DNA from: a virus
Lineage: Duplodnaviria; Caudoviricetes
IMG/VR virus record: IMGVR_UViG_3300025530_000155
Span: 1 to 49,752 of that record
Length of the DNA: 49,752 nt
Direction: 5' to 3' (one strand)
Shown here: piece after piece, positions 34,235 through 43,882 of the stretch
How positions within the stretch are numbered: the stretch's first letter is position 1
How the letters are laid out: the number at the start of each line of letters is the position of its first letter
Translations under genes and position numbers: made by a program
The notes under the pieces: generated by a model
Database searches by the model: none
What the model saw: only the letters and a program-made list of their open reading frames with translations
Told to the model about the DNA's origin: nothing

Positions 34235-37200
34235 TCAGAAGCCACGGTATCCGAACGGATTGGCTTGCTTCTGTAGACGCAAGCTTCTTCCATCGCTCAA
34301 CCCTTGCCCAATCGCCCGACCAATCTCACGAATACGCTCGGTTGGCGTGTTGCCCGTGACGTTCGGCAGGGAGATAGTTACATGAACGTCTCCCCCTTGA
34401 ACAGTATAGGTCGTGTGGGTGTTGTTTCGCGTGATGTATTCGTAATAACTCATGGCTTTTACGTTGTCCGGCAGGTTGAACGTGCCTCCGGTGTTCCTCA
34501 TTTCTTCGAGGATTCCCAACTGAGCCTGCAAGGACTGGCGTTGCAAATCCCTGATCTCGCGTTGGATTAACTTCTGTTCCTCAACGTCCGACGTTCTTCC
34601 AAGCCTGTCTTTTAGCTCGGAAATAAGCGAGTCGAACATCGTAATCTGTTCGTTATACTGTTTCAGCCTCATGCTCCTGAGTGCAGGATTGTTTTCGTCA
34701 AGACCCATGACGCCCATGTTTACTCTTTCTTGGAGATAGGAGTTGCTCATCTCAGCCAACCTGTCTTCCAAATCCTGACGGTAGGTGGTTACGCGAGACA
34801 GCCTCAAATCCCTGATCGCTACACGCTCACGTTCGATCTGCAACTGCAACTGAGCAATTTGCTCATCAATCTGTTGCTTTTGATCTTCCGTTACAGGTGT
34901 GCTTCTCAGTTGCTCGATCTGCGTCATCCATGTATTAATTCTCTCGTTGGAGATGCCGATTGCGGCGTCGATATATTCCTTGCTTCCTCTATCCATCGTC
35001 AGTTCGTTGATGGCAGACTGGATAGCAATGGAGTCTTCCGCAATCCTTGCCGCCCGCTGGATTCTCGACAGAGCCGCGTCGAAGGCAATTTGCACCATCT
35101 CTTGCTGAATCTGTCTAGCCTTTGTCTCGAACTCAAGCTCTGCCTCGCGCAAGTTGCGTTCCCAACGAGCGATTTCTTCTCTTTGTTCGTTGATCTGTTC
35201 TTCCGTATAACCTTCGCTACCGAGCATCATTTCCAACGTAGTCTTAGCGTTGGTAATGTAATCGTTAATCCTCGTAAGCTCGTCGTTATAGAGGGCAACC
35301 ATCTCGTTCATCTTCTCCTGACGAATTCTGACGTATTCCTCGGAATCCGTGGCGTACCCTTGGCTTATTGCCCTCAACTGCTCCAACATCATAGAAGATT
35401 CGATTTTACCTATCTCCCGCTGAATGCTTTCTCTGACCGTATTCAAATCATAGATTCTGTAAGTACCTTTCAGAAGGTTCTCACGAATCCTATCCTCGAT
35501 GGCTTGATTCATACGTTCTCGCAGGCCAGCCATCTCTTCTTCCTCAAGTCGAGCCTTATCCATAGACTCTTTATAAACGGCTTTCCTAGCTTCCATCTGA
35601 TCTTGAATTAATCCTGTCGCGCGAGCAAATTCTTCGTACACTTCATCTAGGTTAAGGTTATTCTCTCTGATGTATCCAAGAACATCATAGGTTCCGAAAC
35701 CTTTTTTCAGGTTGGCTCCGTACCTCTCGTTCAGGAACTCCCCAAGCTCTTGAGCCAATGCGTCAAGCTCGAAGCCGGAAGTGTACTTGTCGCCCGCGAC
35801 AAACAAATCAAGGCCTCCAAGAAGGGTGTGCCATAGAGACAAGGCTCCCCTCTCAACCAAGTTGGCATCTTGGAACCTTTTCAGAGCGTCAATGTCCTTC
35901 ATCCTCTTGTCGGCGATCTCCAATTGCTTTTGCGCTTCTGTTTGCGCTCCTTGCGACGTGAATTGGGTCACTACCTCACCGACACCTGCGAACAACAACA
36001 TTTGAAGGCCGAACCCTCTAGCCGTCCTAGCAAGGTTTGCCATAGACGAGCCTAGACCCCTAGCCTTTTGACTAACCTTTCCAAGCACGTTGTCTAGGTT
36101 ATTCAGCCCTCTGACAAAGCTTGCGCTGTTGAGAGTCCTCGAAAGCTTGTCTACGCTGTTGCCGAGTGCAACAAACTGAGGGTTAGTCCTTCTGACTTCT
36201 TCTCTATTCCTGACCTGCGCCGCCGTGTACGAGTCAACAGCGTCGGCTAGACTGTCGAAGTCGTTAATGACCTTTCCGGTGTTTCTATGAATGTCCTCAA
36301 GGTGCTTCCTGAACTCGGGCAGTTCTTGGTCACCGAGTCCAGCCAAGAAGGAGGTTACCCTCATCCCCTTATCGGACTTACTGATCTCGTCGAACCTTGA
36401 CCGGTTTTGAAGCTCGACAGCCAACGTCTTAGCGAAGTTCTCGTCGATACCACGCATACCCTTGTCGTACAGTTTGCCTGCCGCATACTGAGCGCCGCCC
36501 CAACGTCTCTCGTCGGTCATGTCCTCTTTGGCACGGTAACCGCGAGATTCCTCGACCGCATAAAGGAGGTCTTTCACATCATTGACAACAATGTTGTTGT
36601 CACGGATGTATCCCCTTAGTTCCTTCATACGCTCATCGCTGTTATTGGTAAAGTCCTTGATTACAGGGGCGATAACGGGGTCAGTCAGAGCCTTGCTCAT
36701 GAACGCCCTGTTCTCTTTGGTGTTGGCGAGCAGAGCTTGGTTGACAGTAGGAAGGTCTGCCAATGCCTGCAACGCTCCTTGAGTTGTCCCGCGACCGAAT
36801 GCTCCACGATTACCGTACAAGGCATCCAGCATAGCAACCCTCGCCATAGGGGCCTGAACAGCGTTTGAACGATACATGGCTCGCATTCCGTAAACGGAAG
36901 CGAAGCCGATAAGGGCATCCCCTAGGAACTGGATAAGGTCAGCAATCTTGTCACTGTTCTCGCGGATTCCACCTGTTAGGTTGGTAATGGCGCGAGACAC
37001 GTCCGTAATCACAGGCGTCAGTTCTTCCATTACGGAAGTGAACGCAAGGATGGTAGACGTTCCCGCCCTCTCCAGTTCCATGATAGGGGTCGTGAGATTA
37101 TTGGACAGCAGGTCGTCCAAATCCTCCAAGTTGAAGTTCTCAATCGCCTTTGCAAGCTCTACAGCAGTGAAAAGCTCGTCAAGGGTCGTGGCACCTTTAG

Positions 37201-39448
37201 CGCTTTGGTAAGTACCGAATAGAGCCATGATGGTGTTACGAGCGTTTTCATCGTCAATCCTGTCATACAGATCGGCAACATCTTTCATGATCTCCATAGC
37301 GCTTCTTACGCGCTTGATGCCGTCTTCCTCAATGTACACATCTACTCCTAGAGTCTCAAGTTGAGACAGAGCTTTAGGAGACTGTAGACGAGGAAGGATG
37401 GACTTGTAGAAGTTACCTATATTCTCACCGGACAATCCAGTGTACTGGATGGAAGTTGCAATCATAGCGATTGCTTCCTCCGGCGACACGCCCGCCGCCT
37501 TGAACGAAGAACCCGAACGCATCATGGCGTTCATGATAGCTTCGGTCGTAGCGTTGGTCATGTTGGTTGCAACCGCCAACGGAGCAACGACCCGTCTTTC
37601 CAGTTCACCGATATGGAGGTCGAACTGACCCATGAAGGCTTCAAGACCCGATGCGATGCTTCCAACCGGGTCGCCCTCGCGGTCAATGCTGTAGATTTTA
37701 CCGACCAAATCAGTGAACATCTTGACAGAAGCCGCGTCATCCAGCAACCGAGAACCTACGCTTGCTACAGCGGACATTGTACCGTAGTCCATAGCATATG
37801 CTACAGCAGATTCTCGGACAAACGGCATGATATTTTGAATCGTTTGGGTAGCTACCTCAGAAGCCGTCCGTCTATCACCCTCCGCCGCCCGCTGTGCAAA
37901 GTCCGCCTGAGCCTTCGCGTAGATGTTGGAGAACATTTTCAACTGCTCAAGCTGAGACGTTCTATACTGCTCGAATGCGCGATACAGGAGCATCAGCGGA
38001 GTACCTACAATGGAACCGGCCAAGATGTGACGAACCGTGTTGACGACGGCCCCCTGCAAACCGAACTGGTTGAAGTAATTATCACGACGAGCATAAGGGT
38101 CGTTTACAAGGGTAGAGGTCGCGGCGCTGGTTCTGCGTTCACGAGCCGTCTCACCTTCTACCTCAACCTGACCCATTTGCCGGATTCGGCGCGCCCGGTT
38201 AATATCTTTCGGAGAAACCTGTACCCCTGCTATCTCTGCCTTCATGTGAGCGAATTGAATGTCAATTTGCTCACGAATCTTCTTGACGATCTGATTGTTA
38301 ATCCTTTCGATTTCACGAATCAGATGGTATCCGAGAGAAGGCGAATACCTGATCTGTACAGACTCGATGGCGTTGACCATTCTCCGTACTTCCTCGTTCA
38401 GCCCGCCGCCTATTTTTCTGTTCAGGGCTTGCTCCAAACGGGAGAATTGACGACGAAGCTCCGCCGAGTACAGTTCGCCGGAAGTAAACCGGTGGTTGGA
38501 GAAAATCCGATTGAAGCTGTCAAGATCAACACCAAGCTCCCGAGCCATGAACCTTCTCAGTTGCGTAGACAATTGGTTCAGTGGACGCTCGAATACGCTT
38601 TGGCTCATGGAGCGTATGCCAGCCGAAACCTCTCGAATGTAACGTTGAGCCGCATCGTTCACAGCATCTTGGATGCCTTCGATGCTCGGAATCCTAGTGG
38701 AATCGCGACTCGTCCTCACCTGACTGATAGCGTTGTTGAGCGCTTCCGTGACCCTGTTCCTGATAGAGTTGAAGACCCTGTTCATATCCCGTTCCGTGAT
38801 CTCGAACTCTCCGCCCGAGGCCACGTTGGGGTTCAGCATAATCTTCTTTACGTGTTCTTTGACCCTGTTGATGATCTGCTGAACAGTGTCCTTTCCGATG
38901 TGGAATTGCAGGGACGCAAGGTCTTGAGCAGAGATCAAACCTGCTCCGTGTTTATTCAGGGCCGCCACAAGGTTGTTTAACTGAACACGGACAAGGCGAG
39001 CAATGGCCTTGTTTACCTCATCAAGATCGTCCTTGGAGATCGGGACTTTGCCGACTTGCAGGTCAGGGTTAATGTCGATGACGATGTTGGCGTATGCCTG
39101 AGCAAGCTTCTCATTCAGCGCCTTATCAACCTTGGAGAAGATGTTTTGGACGGTACGAGCGTTGATCTTGAGAGCCTTTCCGCCGTACTGTGCTACCGCG
39201 ATTCCGTTGGCTTCGATTAGGTTATTGATCTCACGTTCAATGTTGCGCCGTAGGTTTTGCCCCGTTCCCCTAGAAACCTCAGCGGACAAAGAACTCATAG
39301 ACGCCCTCATGGAGTCGATGCGCCGTTCCATGTTGAGGAACTTATCGTCGAGCCTTTCCAGCGCTTCGCCGAACAACGTGAGATTGTTTAGGGATTGCTG
39401 AAACTCAAGGACTATATTCGCGCCAAGGTTTGGTAGCTCGTTAGCCAT
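34235..39448 (-). CDS. Tail tape measure protein
   Basis: 1737 aa, helical, with a TP901-type core (RSGSSFKAAGVSPEEAIAMI..SGENIGNFYKSI); follows the tail chaperones. Confidence 0.93.
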   Translation of the reverse strand: MANELPNLGANIVLEFQQSLNNLTLFGEALERLDDKFLNMERRIDSMRASMSSLSAEVSRGTGQNLRRNIEREINNLIEANGIAVAQYGGKALKINARTVQNIFSKVDKALNEKLAQAYANIVIDINPDLQVGKVPISKDDLDEVNKAIARLVRVQLNNLVAALNKHGAGLISAQDLASLQFHIGKDTVQQIINRVKEHVKKIMLNPNVASGGEFEITERDMNRVFNSIRNRVTEALNNAISQVRTSRDSTRIPSIEGIQDAVNDAAQRYIREVSAGIRSMSQSVFERPLNQLSTQLRRFMARELGVDLDSFNRIFSNHRFTSGELYSAELRRQFSRLEQALNRKIGGGLNEEVRRMVNAIESVQIRYSPSLGYHLIREIERINNQIVKKIREQIDIQFAHMKAEIAGVQVSPKDINRARRIRQMGQVEVEGETARERRTSAATSTLVNDPYARRDNYFNQFGLQGAVVNTVRHILAGSIVGTPLMLLYRAFEQYRTSQLEQLKMFSNIYAKAQADFAQRAAEGDRRTASEVATQTIQNIMPFVRESAVAYAMDYGTMSAVASVGSRLLDDAASVKMFTDLVGKIYSIDREGDPVGSIASGLEAFMGQFDLHIGELERRVVAPLAVATNMTNATTEAIMNAMMRSGSSFKAAGVSPEEAIAMIATSIQYTGLSGENIGNFYKSILPRLQSPKALSQLETLGVDVYIEEDGIKRVRSAMEIMKDVADLYDRIDDENARNTIMALFGTYQSAKGATTLDELFTAVELAKAIENFNLEDLDDLLSNNLTTPIMELERAGTSTILAFTSVMEELTPVITDVSRAITNLTGGIRENSDKIADLIQFLGDALIGFASVYGMRAMYRSNAVQAPMARVAMLDALYGNRGAFGRGTTQGALQALADLPTVNQALLANTKENRAFMSKALTDPVIAPVIKDFTNNSDERMKELRGYIRDNNIVVNDVKDLLYAVEESRGYRAKEDMTDERRWGGAQYAAGKLYDKGMRGIDENFAKTLAVELQNRSRFDEISKSDKGMRVTSFLAGLGDQELPEFRKHLEDIHRNTGKVINDFDSLADAVDSYTAAQVRNREEVRRTNPQFVALGNSVDKLSRTLNSASFVRGLNNLDNVLGKVSQKARGLGSSMANLARTARGFGLQMLLFAGVGEVVTQFTSQGAQTEAQKQLEIADKRMKDIDALKRFQDANLVERGALSLWHTLLGGLDLFVAGDKYTSGFELDALAQELGEFLNERYGANLKKGFGTYDVLGYIRENNLNLDEVYEEFARATGLIQDQMEARKAVYKESMDKARLEEEEMAGLRERMNQAIEDRIRENLLKGTYRIYDLNTVRESIQREIGKIESSMMLEQLRAISQGYATDSEEYVRIRQEKMNEMVALYNDELTRINDYITNAKTTLEMMLGSEGYTEEQINEQREEIARWERNLREAELEFETKARQIQQEMVQIAFDAALSRIQRAARIAEDSIAIQSAINELTMDRGSKEYIDAAIGISNERINTWMTQIEQLRSTPVTEDQKQQIDEQIAQLQLQIERERVAIRDLRLSRVTTYRQDLEDRLAEMSNSYLQERVNMGVMGLDENNPALRSMRLKQYNEQITMFDSLISELKDRLGRTSDVEEQKLIQREIRDLQRQSLQAQLGILEEMRNTGGTFNLPDNVKAMSYYEYITRNNTHTTYTVQGGDVHVTISLPNVTGNTPTERIREIGRAIGQGLSDGRSLRLQKQANPFGYRGF

Positions 39449-39471
39449 TGTCTCACCGCCCTTATGAATAA

Positions 39472-39510
39472 GGCTCCTGCACCCTCCCTAGAAGGAGCAG
39501 AACAGGAGCC
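39472..39510 (-). other. Intergenic hairpin before the tape measure gene
   Basis: GGCTCCTG/CAGGAGCC 8-bp outer stem with additional inner pairing; weak U-tract. Confidence 0.5.
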
Positions 39511-39514
39511 GAAG

Positions 39515-40299
39515 TTACAGTAGTTTAGCGAGCCATTCCATATCTTCTTCCGTAGCAACCTTGTAGCCGTCGATGTACTCTGTACCGTCTTCCATCTTGC
39601 CGGTGAATCCTGCCGGAACACCGTCTTCGTTGGTAGGTGCCCCACCTCCGCCAAACATGGAAGCAAACCCCATCGTGGATACCTTTACAGTGAAGTCGAT
39701 ATGTTCATGGCATTGTTTAAGGTAGTAATTCAACTGCGGAAGGGTCAATTCCCAAACTTGGTGCTTATCCAAGTTGCAGTAATGGGCCAGCTTGAAGAAG
39801 ATGTTAGACCAGTCTATGACCCTGTTAGGGTTACTGTCGTAAGCGGCTTCTTCCTCCTTTGTGTTTACAAAGACTTTTTTAGCCCATTCAACCCGATCAT
39901 GCAGTCGATAATTTGCTTGGCGATCACGAGATCGACATACTCCGCAAGGTAGTCTACCGTGATGTGCGGGTAGTACGGTTTGAATGCCATAAGCAGGACT
40001 TCCATCAGTTCATCATACCGGTCGTCATCCTCGCCCTCCATTACAATGAGGTTGGAGATGATAATACCGGTGTCGATGGTGTTCAGGAGCTTCATGAGCT
40101 TCCGAGCGTCTTTCAACCCCAAAGGAGGGATGCGGTACGTCTTTCCGTCCCGGAGACGAACTGCTTCATCATCCTCGAAGAACACCTTCTCAATGAAGTC
40201 TGCTTCCTCCTGAGAGATCGGCGCGGGAGTCTTGTTCGTGTTTTCTTCCTTAACCTCGCCGCCGCTCTTAGGAATGGCCATATTCCGATCTTCACTCAT
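39515..40299 (-). CDS. Tail assembly chaperone, long (G-T) form via programmed -1 frameshift
   Basis: In-frame A AAA AAG at 39880-39874. The -1 frame is open (VFVNTKEEE..IDWSNIFFKLAHYCNLDKHQVWELT) and runs into the 39515-39772 ORF. Confidence 0.85.
39865..40299 (-). CDS. Tail assembly chaperone, short (G) form
   Basis: 144 aa, between tail tube and tape measure, ending GLKKSL across the slippery site. Confidence 0.85.
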   Translation of the reverse strand: MSEDRNMAIPKSGGEVKEENTNKTPAPISQEEADFIEKVFFEDDEAVRLRDGKTYRIPPLGLKDARKLMKLLNTIDTGIIISNLIVMEGEDDDRYDELMEVLLMAFKPYYPHITVDYLAEYVDLVIAKQIIDCMIGLNGLKKSL

Positions 40300-40398
40300 T
40301 CTTTATTCCCCCTGTTTGTTTTCTTCCCCCTTGTAGTAAAAATAGTGAGCGCAAGCAGGGGGAAGGGTACTTACGCTCACGACAGATAGTTACTGTCA
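40300..40398 (-). ncRNA. Structured leader RNA or small RNA with C-rich loop
   Basis: Hairpin GACAG/CTGTC, then a 12-13 bp stem with two G-U pairs, loop CCCUUCCCCC and tail UAUUUUU. The loop is complementary to two downstream AGGGGGAA words. Confidence 0.55.
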
Positions 40399-40404
40399 TA
40401 CACT

Positions 40405-40433
40405 ATGATAAGGTGATGGTGCCCAACAATAAC
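40405..40433 (-). promoter_or_regulatory. Candidate phage late promoter
   Basis: GTTAT-N16-CTTATCAT directly after a terminator. Confidence 0.55.
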
Positions 40434-40443
40434 CGATAAAGTG

Positions 40444-40472
40444 AAAAGAAAAGACCCTCCGTAGAGGGTCTT
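40444..40472 (-). terminator. Terminator after the endonuclease gene (probably the original tail-tube terminator)
   Basis: AAGACCCTC-TACG-GAGGGTCTT, then TTCTTTT. Confidence 0.88.
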
Positions 40473-40477
40473 ATCCA

Positions 40478-41641
40478 TTAGCAGATGTCCGCAATATTGT
40501 TGTTTGCAACCTCGTCATTAACAACATGTGACCAGTTCCTACCGTGCTTTATAGAGTACAGGGCTGATAGAGACACACCATATAATTCGGAAATCTCTTT
40601 TGCCGTTTTACCTTCCTTAAACATCCTTTTTATGTTGACTACATCTTCTTCCTTTAATTTAGACTTGCTTCCATTTTCCCCCCTATGTTTATCTGAGTTA
40701 GATTTTATGGCGTTTTCCTTCGTTTCCTTGGAAATGTTGATGCACTTCTCTATCAGATCGTGTAATTCCTCTGTGGACTCGTTACCGGTAACTTCCACAT
40801 GACTCCACTTTTTACCTTTTTTGATATTCAGTATGAGGGTAGGGTTGACACCGTACAACTTAGCGATAGAGCTTTGAGTCACTTTTCCACTATTGAGCAA
40901 CAACTTTATCATTACAACATCTTCTTCGGTAAGCTTGGAGTTACCGTTTTTAGAGCCTCTGGAAGCCAGTCCTATTTTCATTTTAGACTCTTCCGTATGC
41001 CCATGCTTCTTCATATGGTTGTTTTCACTTATTTTCCTTCTTGTTTCCTCTGACATCTTTTTACCTTTAGTTGGGTGGCTATTATTTCTTTCCCACGATT
41101 CTAATATCTTCTTTGTGACCCATTCCGGCCTCTTTTTCCCTGTTTTAATCAACCTTAATTTCTCTCTTGTTTCCTCTGATACTTCTTTACCTAAGTGCGC
41201 CTGTCTGATTTTTTCTTTGGTTTCTTCTGATAAGCACTTTCCATAGTTCGGATTACCTTCTCCAGAAAACCTATCACTTAATTTTCTCTTAGTCTCTTCT
41301 GACACTGTTTTACCAACCCCTCCGTCAGTCGGAGTAGCTACTATATTAAATCCTTTATCGTTGTGCAGAGAACTGTACTTGTTTATATAATATTCCTCCC
41401 TTTCTAGTAATCTATCTACCTCACATTCCTCAATTACAGAAAAGGTAAAGTTATCTATACCGTATTTGTTAAATGCTCTCTGTAAATGGACATTATGGTG
41501 CTTACCCTTTAATAAAAAGTGTATGTGTTGGTGCAGTCTTGCCCTCAAATTCACTGAGCTACCTACATACACTCGTTTGTTAGGGTTACATGTTATTTTA
41601 TAAATACCTGAACTTTTTGGGATGTGTGACAAGTCCACCAA
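40478..41641 (-). CDS. GIY-YIG homing endonuclease with NUMOD3 repeats and two C-terminal HTH domains
   Basis: SGIYKI..VYVGSS..R and E..YI motifs; SEET(K/R)xK(L/I) repeats; two SKLxEEDV..YGV..IKxGxxWSHV units. Confidence 0.92.
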   Translation of the reverse strand: MVDLSHIPKSSGIYKITCNPNKRVYVGSSVNLRARLHQHIHFLLKGKHHNVHLQRAFNKYGIDNFTFSVIEECEVDRLLEREEYYINKYSSLHNDKGFNIVATPTDGGVGKTVSEETKRKLSDRFSGEGNPNYGKCLSEETKEKIRQAHLGKEVSEETREKLRLIKTGKKRPEWVTKKILESWERNNSHPTKGKKMSEETRRKISENNHMKKHGHTEESKMKIGLASRGSKNGNSKLTEEDVVMIKLLLNSGKVTQSSIAKLYGVNPTLILNIKKGKKWSHVEVTGNESTEELHDLIEKCINISKETKENAIKSNSDKHRGENGSKSKLKEEDVVNIKRMFKEGKTAKEISELYGVSLSALYSIKHGRNWSHVVNDEVANNNIADIC

Positions 41642-41674
41642 AAACGCCCTCCTTGTAAATTAGGTCTCTGAGTC

Positions 41675-41703
41675 AATATAAGTAAGTGCTATTTCAGTTT
41701 AAC
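41675..41703 (-). promoter_or_regulatory. Candidate phage late promoter for the endonuclease
   Basis: GTTAA-N16-CTTATATT, ~20 nt upstream of AAGGAGG. Confidence 0.55.
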
Positions 41704-41714
41704 AAAAAAAGCAG

Positions 41715-41745
41715 AAAAAAAAAGACAGGCTCTTTAAGCCTGTCT
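41715..41745 (-). terminator. Terminator after the tail tube gene
   Basis: AGACAGGCT/AGCCTGTCT stem followed by a long T run. Confidence 0.88.
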
Positions 41746-41754
41746 CTAGTAATA

Positions 41755-42813
41755 TTAGCAGATGTCCTCCGTGTTCGGGTTGAACACTTCGTAGCGCTTG
41801 ATTGTGCCGATTTTTCCCGAAGGCAATTCAGGGTCGATGACCGTCAGCGTGACGCTGTGCGTCGAAGCTTGCTGACGAGCGGCGTCGAGCGTGAAGTTCG
41901 ACTTCACGCGACAAGCGTACAGTTCCGTTTGGAAGCCTTGGATAGAGCCGTCTTTTTGCTCGAACAGACCGTCGTGGACAACCGTGACGGTCAGCGGGAA
42001 GTCCTTCGTCGAGATGTCCAGCACGTCAACGACTTCTGTACGCTTGTAGTTCACGTACACGTCTGCGCCTTCCATGTGCGGGTTGAACGTAACGACACCT
42101 TCATCGGTGATCGTGTATTCGTGTTCAGCCGGGCTGTTGGCTACACGCTTCAAGAGCTTGTTGTCTTTCAAGGTACGGATGGAGACGTGCTTCACCTTGC
42201 CGTTCGTACCGCCCTCGTCGAACAGGGTAGCACCGAAGCCAAGCGTGATCTGACCGTTCTTTACCGTGTGCCGTTCTTCAAGAACCCACACATAGCCATC
42301 CGGGTCAGCCGTCGAAGCGACAGCGTATGCTACGAACACCGTGTCCCCGTCGTCAGCGCCCGACACAACCGTCAGCGTATTGGCTCCAACATTGTGCGTG
42401 ACCGTGACCAGCGTGCCTTCGGCGTTGTCCTTGCGGACGGTAGGTGCAGGAGAAGCGATGGATTGTTGGCTCAGGCTGATCGTCGTACCGTTTACCGTAG
42501 CCGTTTCGTAGACCATCTTATACGTTGCACCGGAGACGCCTTCGCGCAGTTTCGAGCCGAGAACAAGACGTACCATGTTCAGGTCGAACTTAGCGTCTTC
42601 CGCCGTAATGTCGATGGTCTTTTTCCGCAGGAGCGTATCCAGCGGTACAGACGAGTCGCCGCCCTCGATGTCCTGCATGTCAAGCTGGATGTCCAGCCGC
42701 ATGTTGTTCATCGTACCAAGAGTGATAAGCTCGTCACAGCCCGGAATCTTAGCCATGAACTTGCCCGCACCCTTGATAATCATTTTCTTGTTCTTGTTGT
42801 TGGTGTGCGACAT
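41755..42813 (-). CDS. Major tail tube protein with inserted beta domains
   Basis: Located between the tail terminator and chaperone genes; IIKGAGKF start, beta-rich, biased codons. No sheath gene lies nearby. Confidence 0.8.
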   Translation of the reverse strand: MSHTNNKNKKMIIKGAGKFMAKIPGCDELITLGTMNNMRLDIQLDMQDIEGGDSSVPLDTLLRKKTIDITAEDAKFDLNMVRLVLGSKLREGVSGATYKMVYETATVNGTTISLSQQSIASPAPTVRKDNAEGTLVTVTHNVGANTLTVVSGADDGDTVFVAYAVASTADPDGYVWVLEERHTVKNGQITLGFGATLFDEGGTNGKVKHVSIRTLKDNKLLKRVANSPAEHEYTITDEGVVTFNPHMEGADVYVNYKRTEVVDVLDISTKDFPLTVTVVHDGLFEQKDGSIQGFQTELYACRVKSNFTLDAARQQASTHSVTLTVIDPELPSGKIGTIKRYEVFNPNTEDIC

Positions 42814-42818
42814 TTAGG

Positions 42819-43262
42819 TCACCCCTCTAACCCGATAGTGAATAGAATTTGGGTGAAGAACTTGTAAACGTCCTCTTGGTCAGTCTCGACCTCACCCATT
42901 GTAAGGAACATGCTTTTGAACGAGTTGACGCACTTCAAGCCGATGTACTGTTCCTCGAAGATTTCGTTAATCCTGTCGGCTAGGTTGATTGCTGTTTCTT
43001 CGTCTCCACTGATGACGTAGATGTCGAAGTCGAACGCAACCATATATTCCAAGTGGTTCTCACCACGGACGCCGGGATTAGCGTAGAAGGAAATGATCGG
43101 TAGGTTCGGCTTTACAAGCTCCGTGGGCCGTCGTTTCTTCTGAATGCGCCGCGCATATTCCTCCAGCGTCGTGGAGTTATCGAAACCCATGAGTTCACGA
43201 ATCACGGCATCTTCACGAAGAACGGTATGGATGTAAGCGTACAGGTCTGACATCCGTAGCAT
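42819..43262 (-). CDS. Tail terminator / completion protein
   Basis: Size, synteny and LPIISFY..FDFDIY..LADRINEIF pattern. Confidence 0.65.
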   Translation of the reverse strand: MLRMSDLYAYIHTVLREDAVIRELMGFDNSTTLEEYARRIQKKRRPTELVKPNLPIISFYANPGVRGENHLEYMVAFDFDIYVISGDEETAINLADRINEIFEEQYIGLKCVNSFKSMFLTMGEVETDQEDVYKFFTQILFTIGLEG

Positions 43263-43266
43263 CGCA

Positions 43267-43878
43267 TCACATCCTTACCCTGATGTCTCGTAACTTAATA
43301 TAAGCAGTGATTGGCACGTTTTTAACGGCTTGCAGAATTAGCCTATCCAAGTTACGGGTGCCCGTCTTTAGAGCGTTTCTGAACCAAAATTGAGCGCGTA
43401 TTGGGTGTCCGAAGATGCTTTTCCGAGGAATCTTTTTCTTGACTCCTACCTTGACTGACCCCTTATGCACGTTTCCGCCCAAGTCCGTCCATTCCCTATC
43501 ACGGTAGTAGATTGGCGCTCTAAACTGAGCGGGACGTTGTGGGTTCCACCCATACCCTCCCGGACTCCATCCAACCGGAGGTCGCATGTTGATTCCCGTA
43601 CCGTACTCATAGTAGAGCGCACGGAAAGACTGGTTCGGTGTCGAGTTATCCATGTAGAGACGAGACACAAACCTTGAGGTAGCCTCTTTGTTCGTAAATT
43701 TCAAGGCGGCGGGGAACGAGGTCACGTACTTAGCGTCTACTTTCCGCACCTTGAGTTGTGCGAGGTTTACTAAGGCGGCCTTGTAGACTTCTCCCGTCAC
43801 AGCACCAAGAGCCTCCCGGATGCTCCGCTTCAACGCTTGTTCGTAGCCGTTGCGATCAAATTTGATAAAGTCCGCCAT
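43267..43878 (-). CDS. Neck / tail completion protein (HK97 gp10-like)
   Basis: Basic protein with ALYYEYGTG and RAQFWFRNAL motifs. Confidence 0.65.
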   Translation of the reverse strand: MADFIKFDRNGYEQALKRSIREALGAVTGEVYKAALVNLAQLKVRKVDAKYVTSFPAALKFTNKEATSRFVSRLYMDNSTPNQSFRALYYEYGTGINMRPPVGWSPGGYGWNPQRPAQFRAPIYYRDREWTDLGGNVHKGSVKVGVKKKIPRKSIFGHPIRAQFWFRNALKTGTRNLDRLILQAVKNVPITAYIKLRDIRVRM

Positions 43879-43882
43879 GCAA

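Larger units (their letters stand above)
40477..41767 (-). mobile_element. Free-standing homing endonuclease insert bounded by a 14-bp direct repeat
   Basis: ATTAGCAGATGTCC at both 40477-40490 and 41754-41767; the interior is visibly AT-rich compared with its flanks. Confidence 0.75.

Noticed and set aside
37613-38980. 455-aa + strand ORF, and similar long antisense ORFs (34730-35611, 45609-46445, 46782-47612, 29464-30276, 27562-28350)
   Set aside because: All lie opposite well-supported structural genes and are explained by codon bias.
39515-39772. Independent 85-aa gene starting at TTG
   Set aside because: It has no RBS and is better explained as the frameshift extension of the chaperone.
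40478-41754. Group I intron hosting the GIY-YIG ORF
   Set aside because: The tail gene has its own stop and terminator, and the ~110 nt of non-coding flank is occupied by a terminator, promoter and RBS. There is no room for a ribozyme core.
41686-42867. 393-aa + strand ORF
   Set aside because: It is the antisense shadow of the codon-biased tail tube gene, with no RBS or recognisable motifs.
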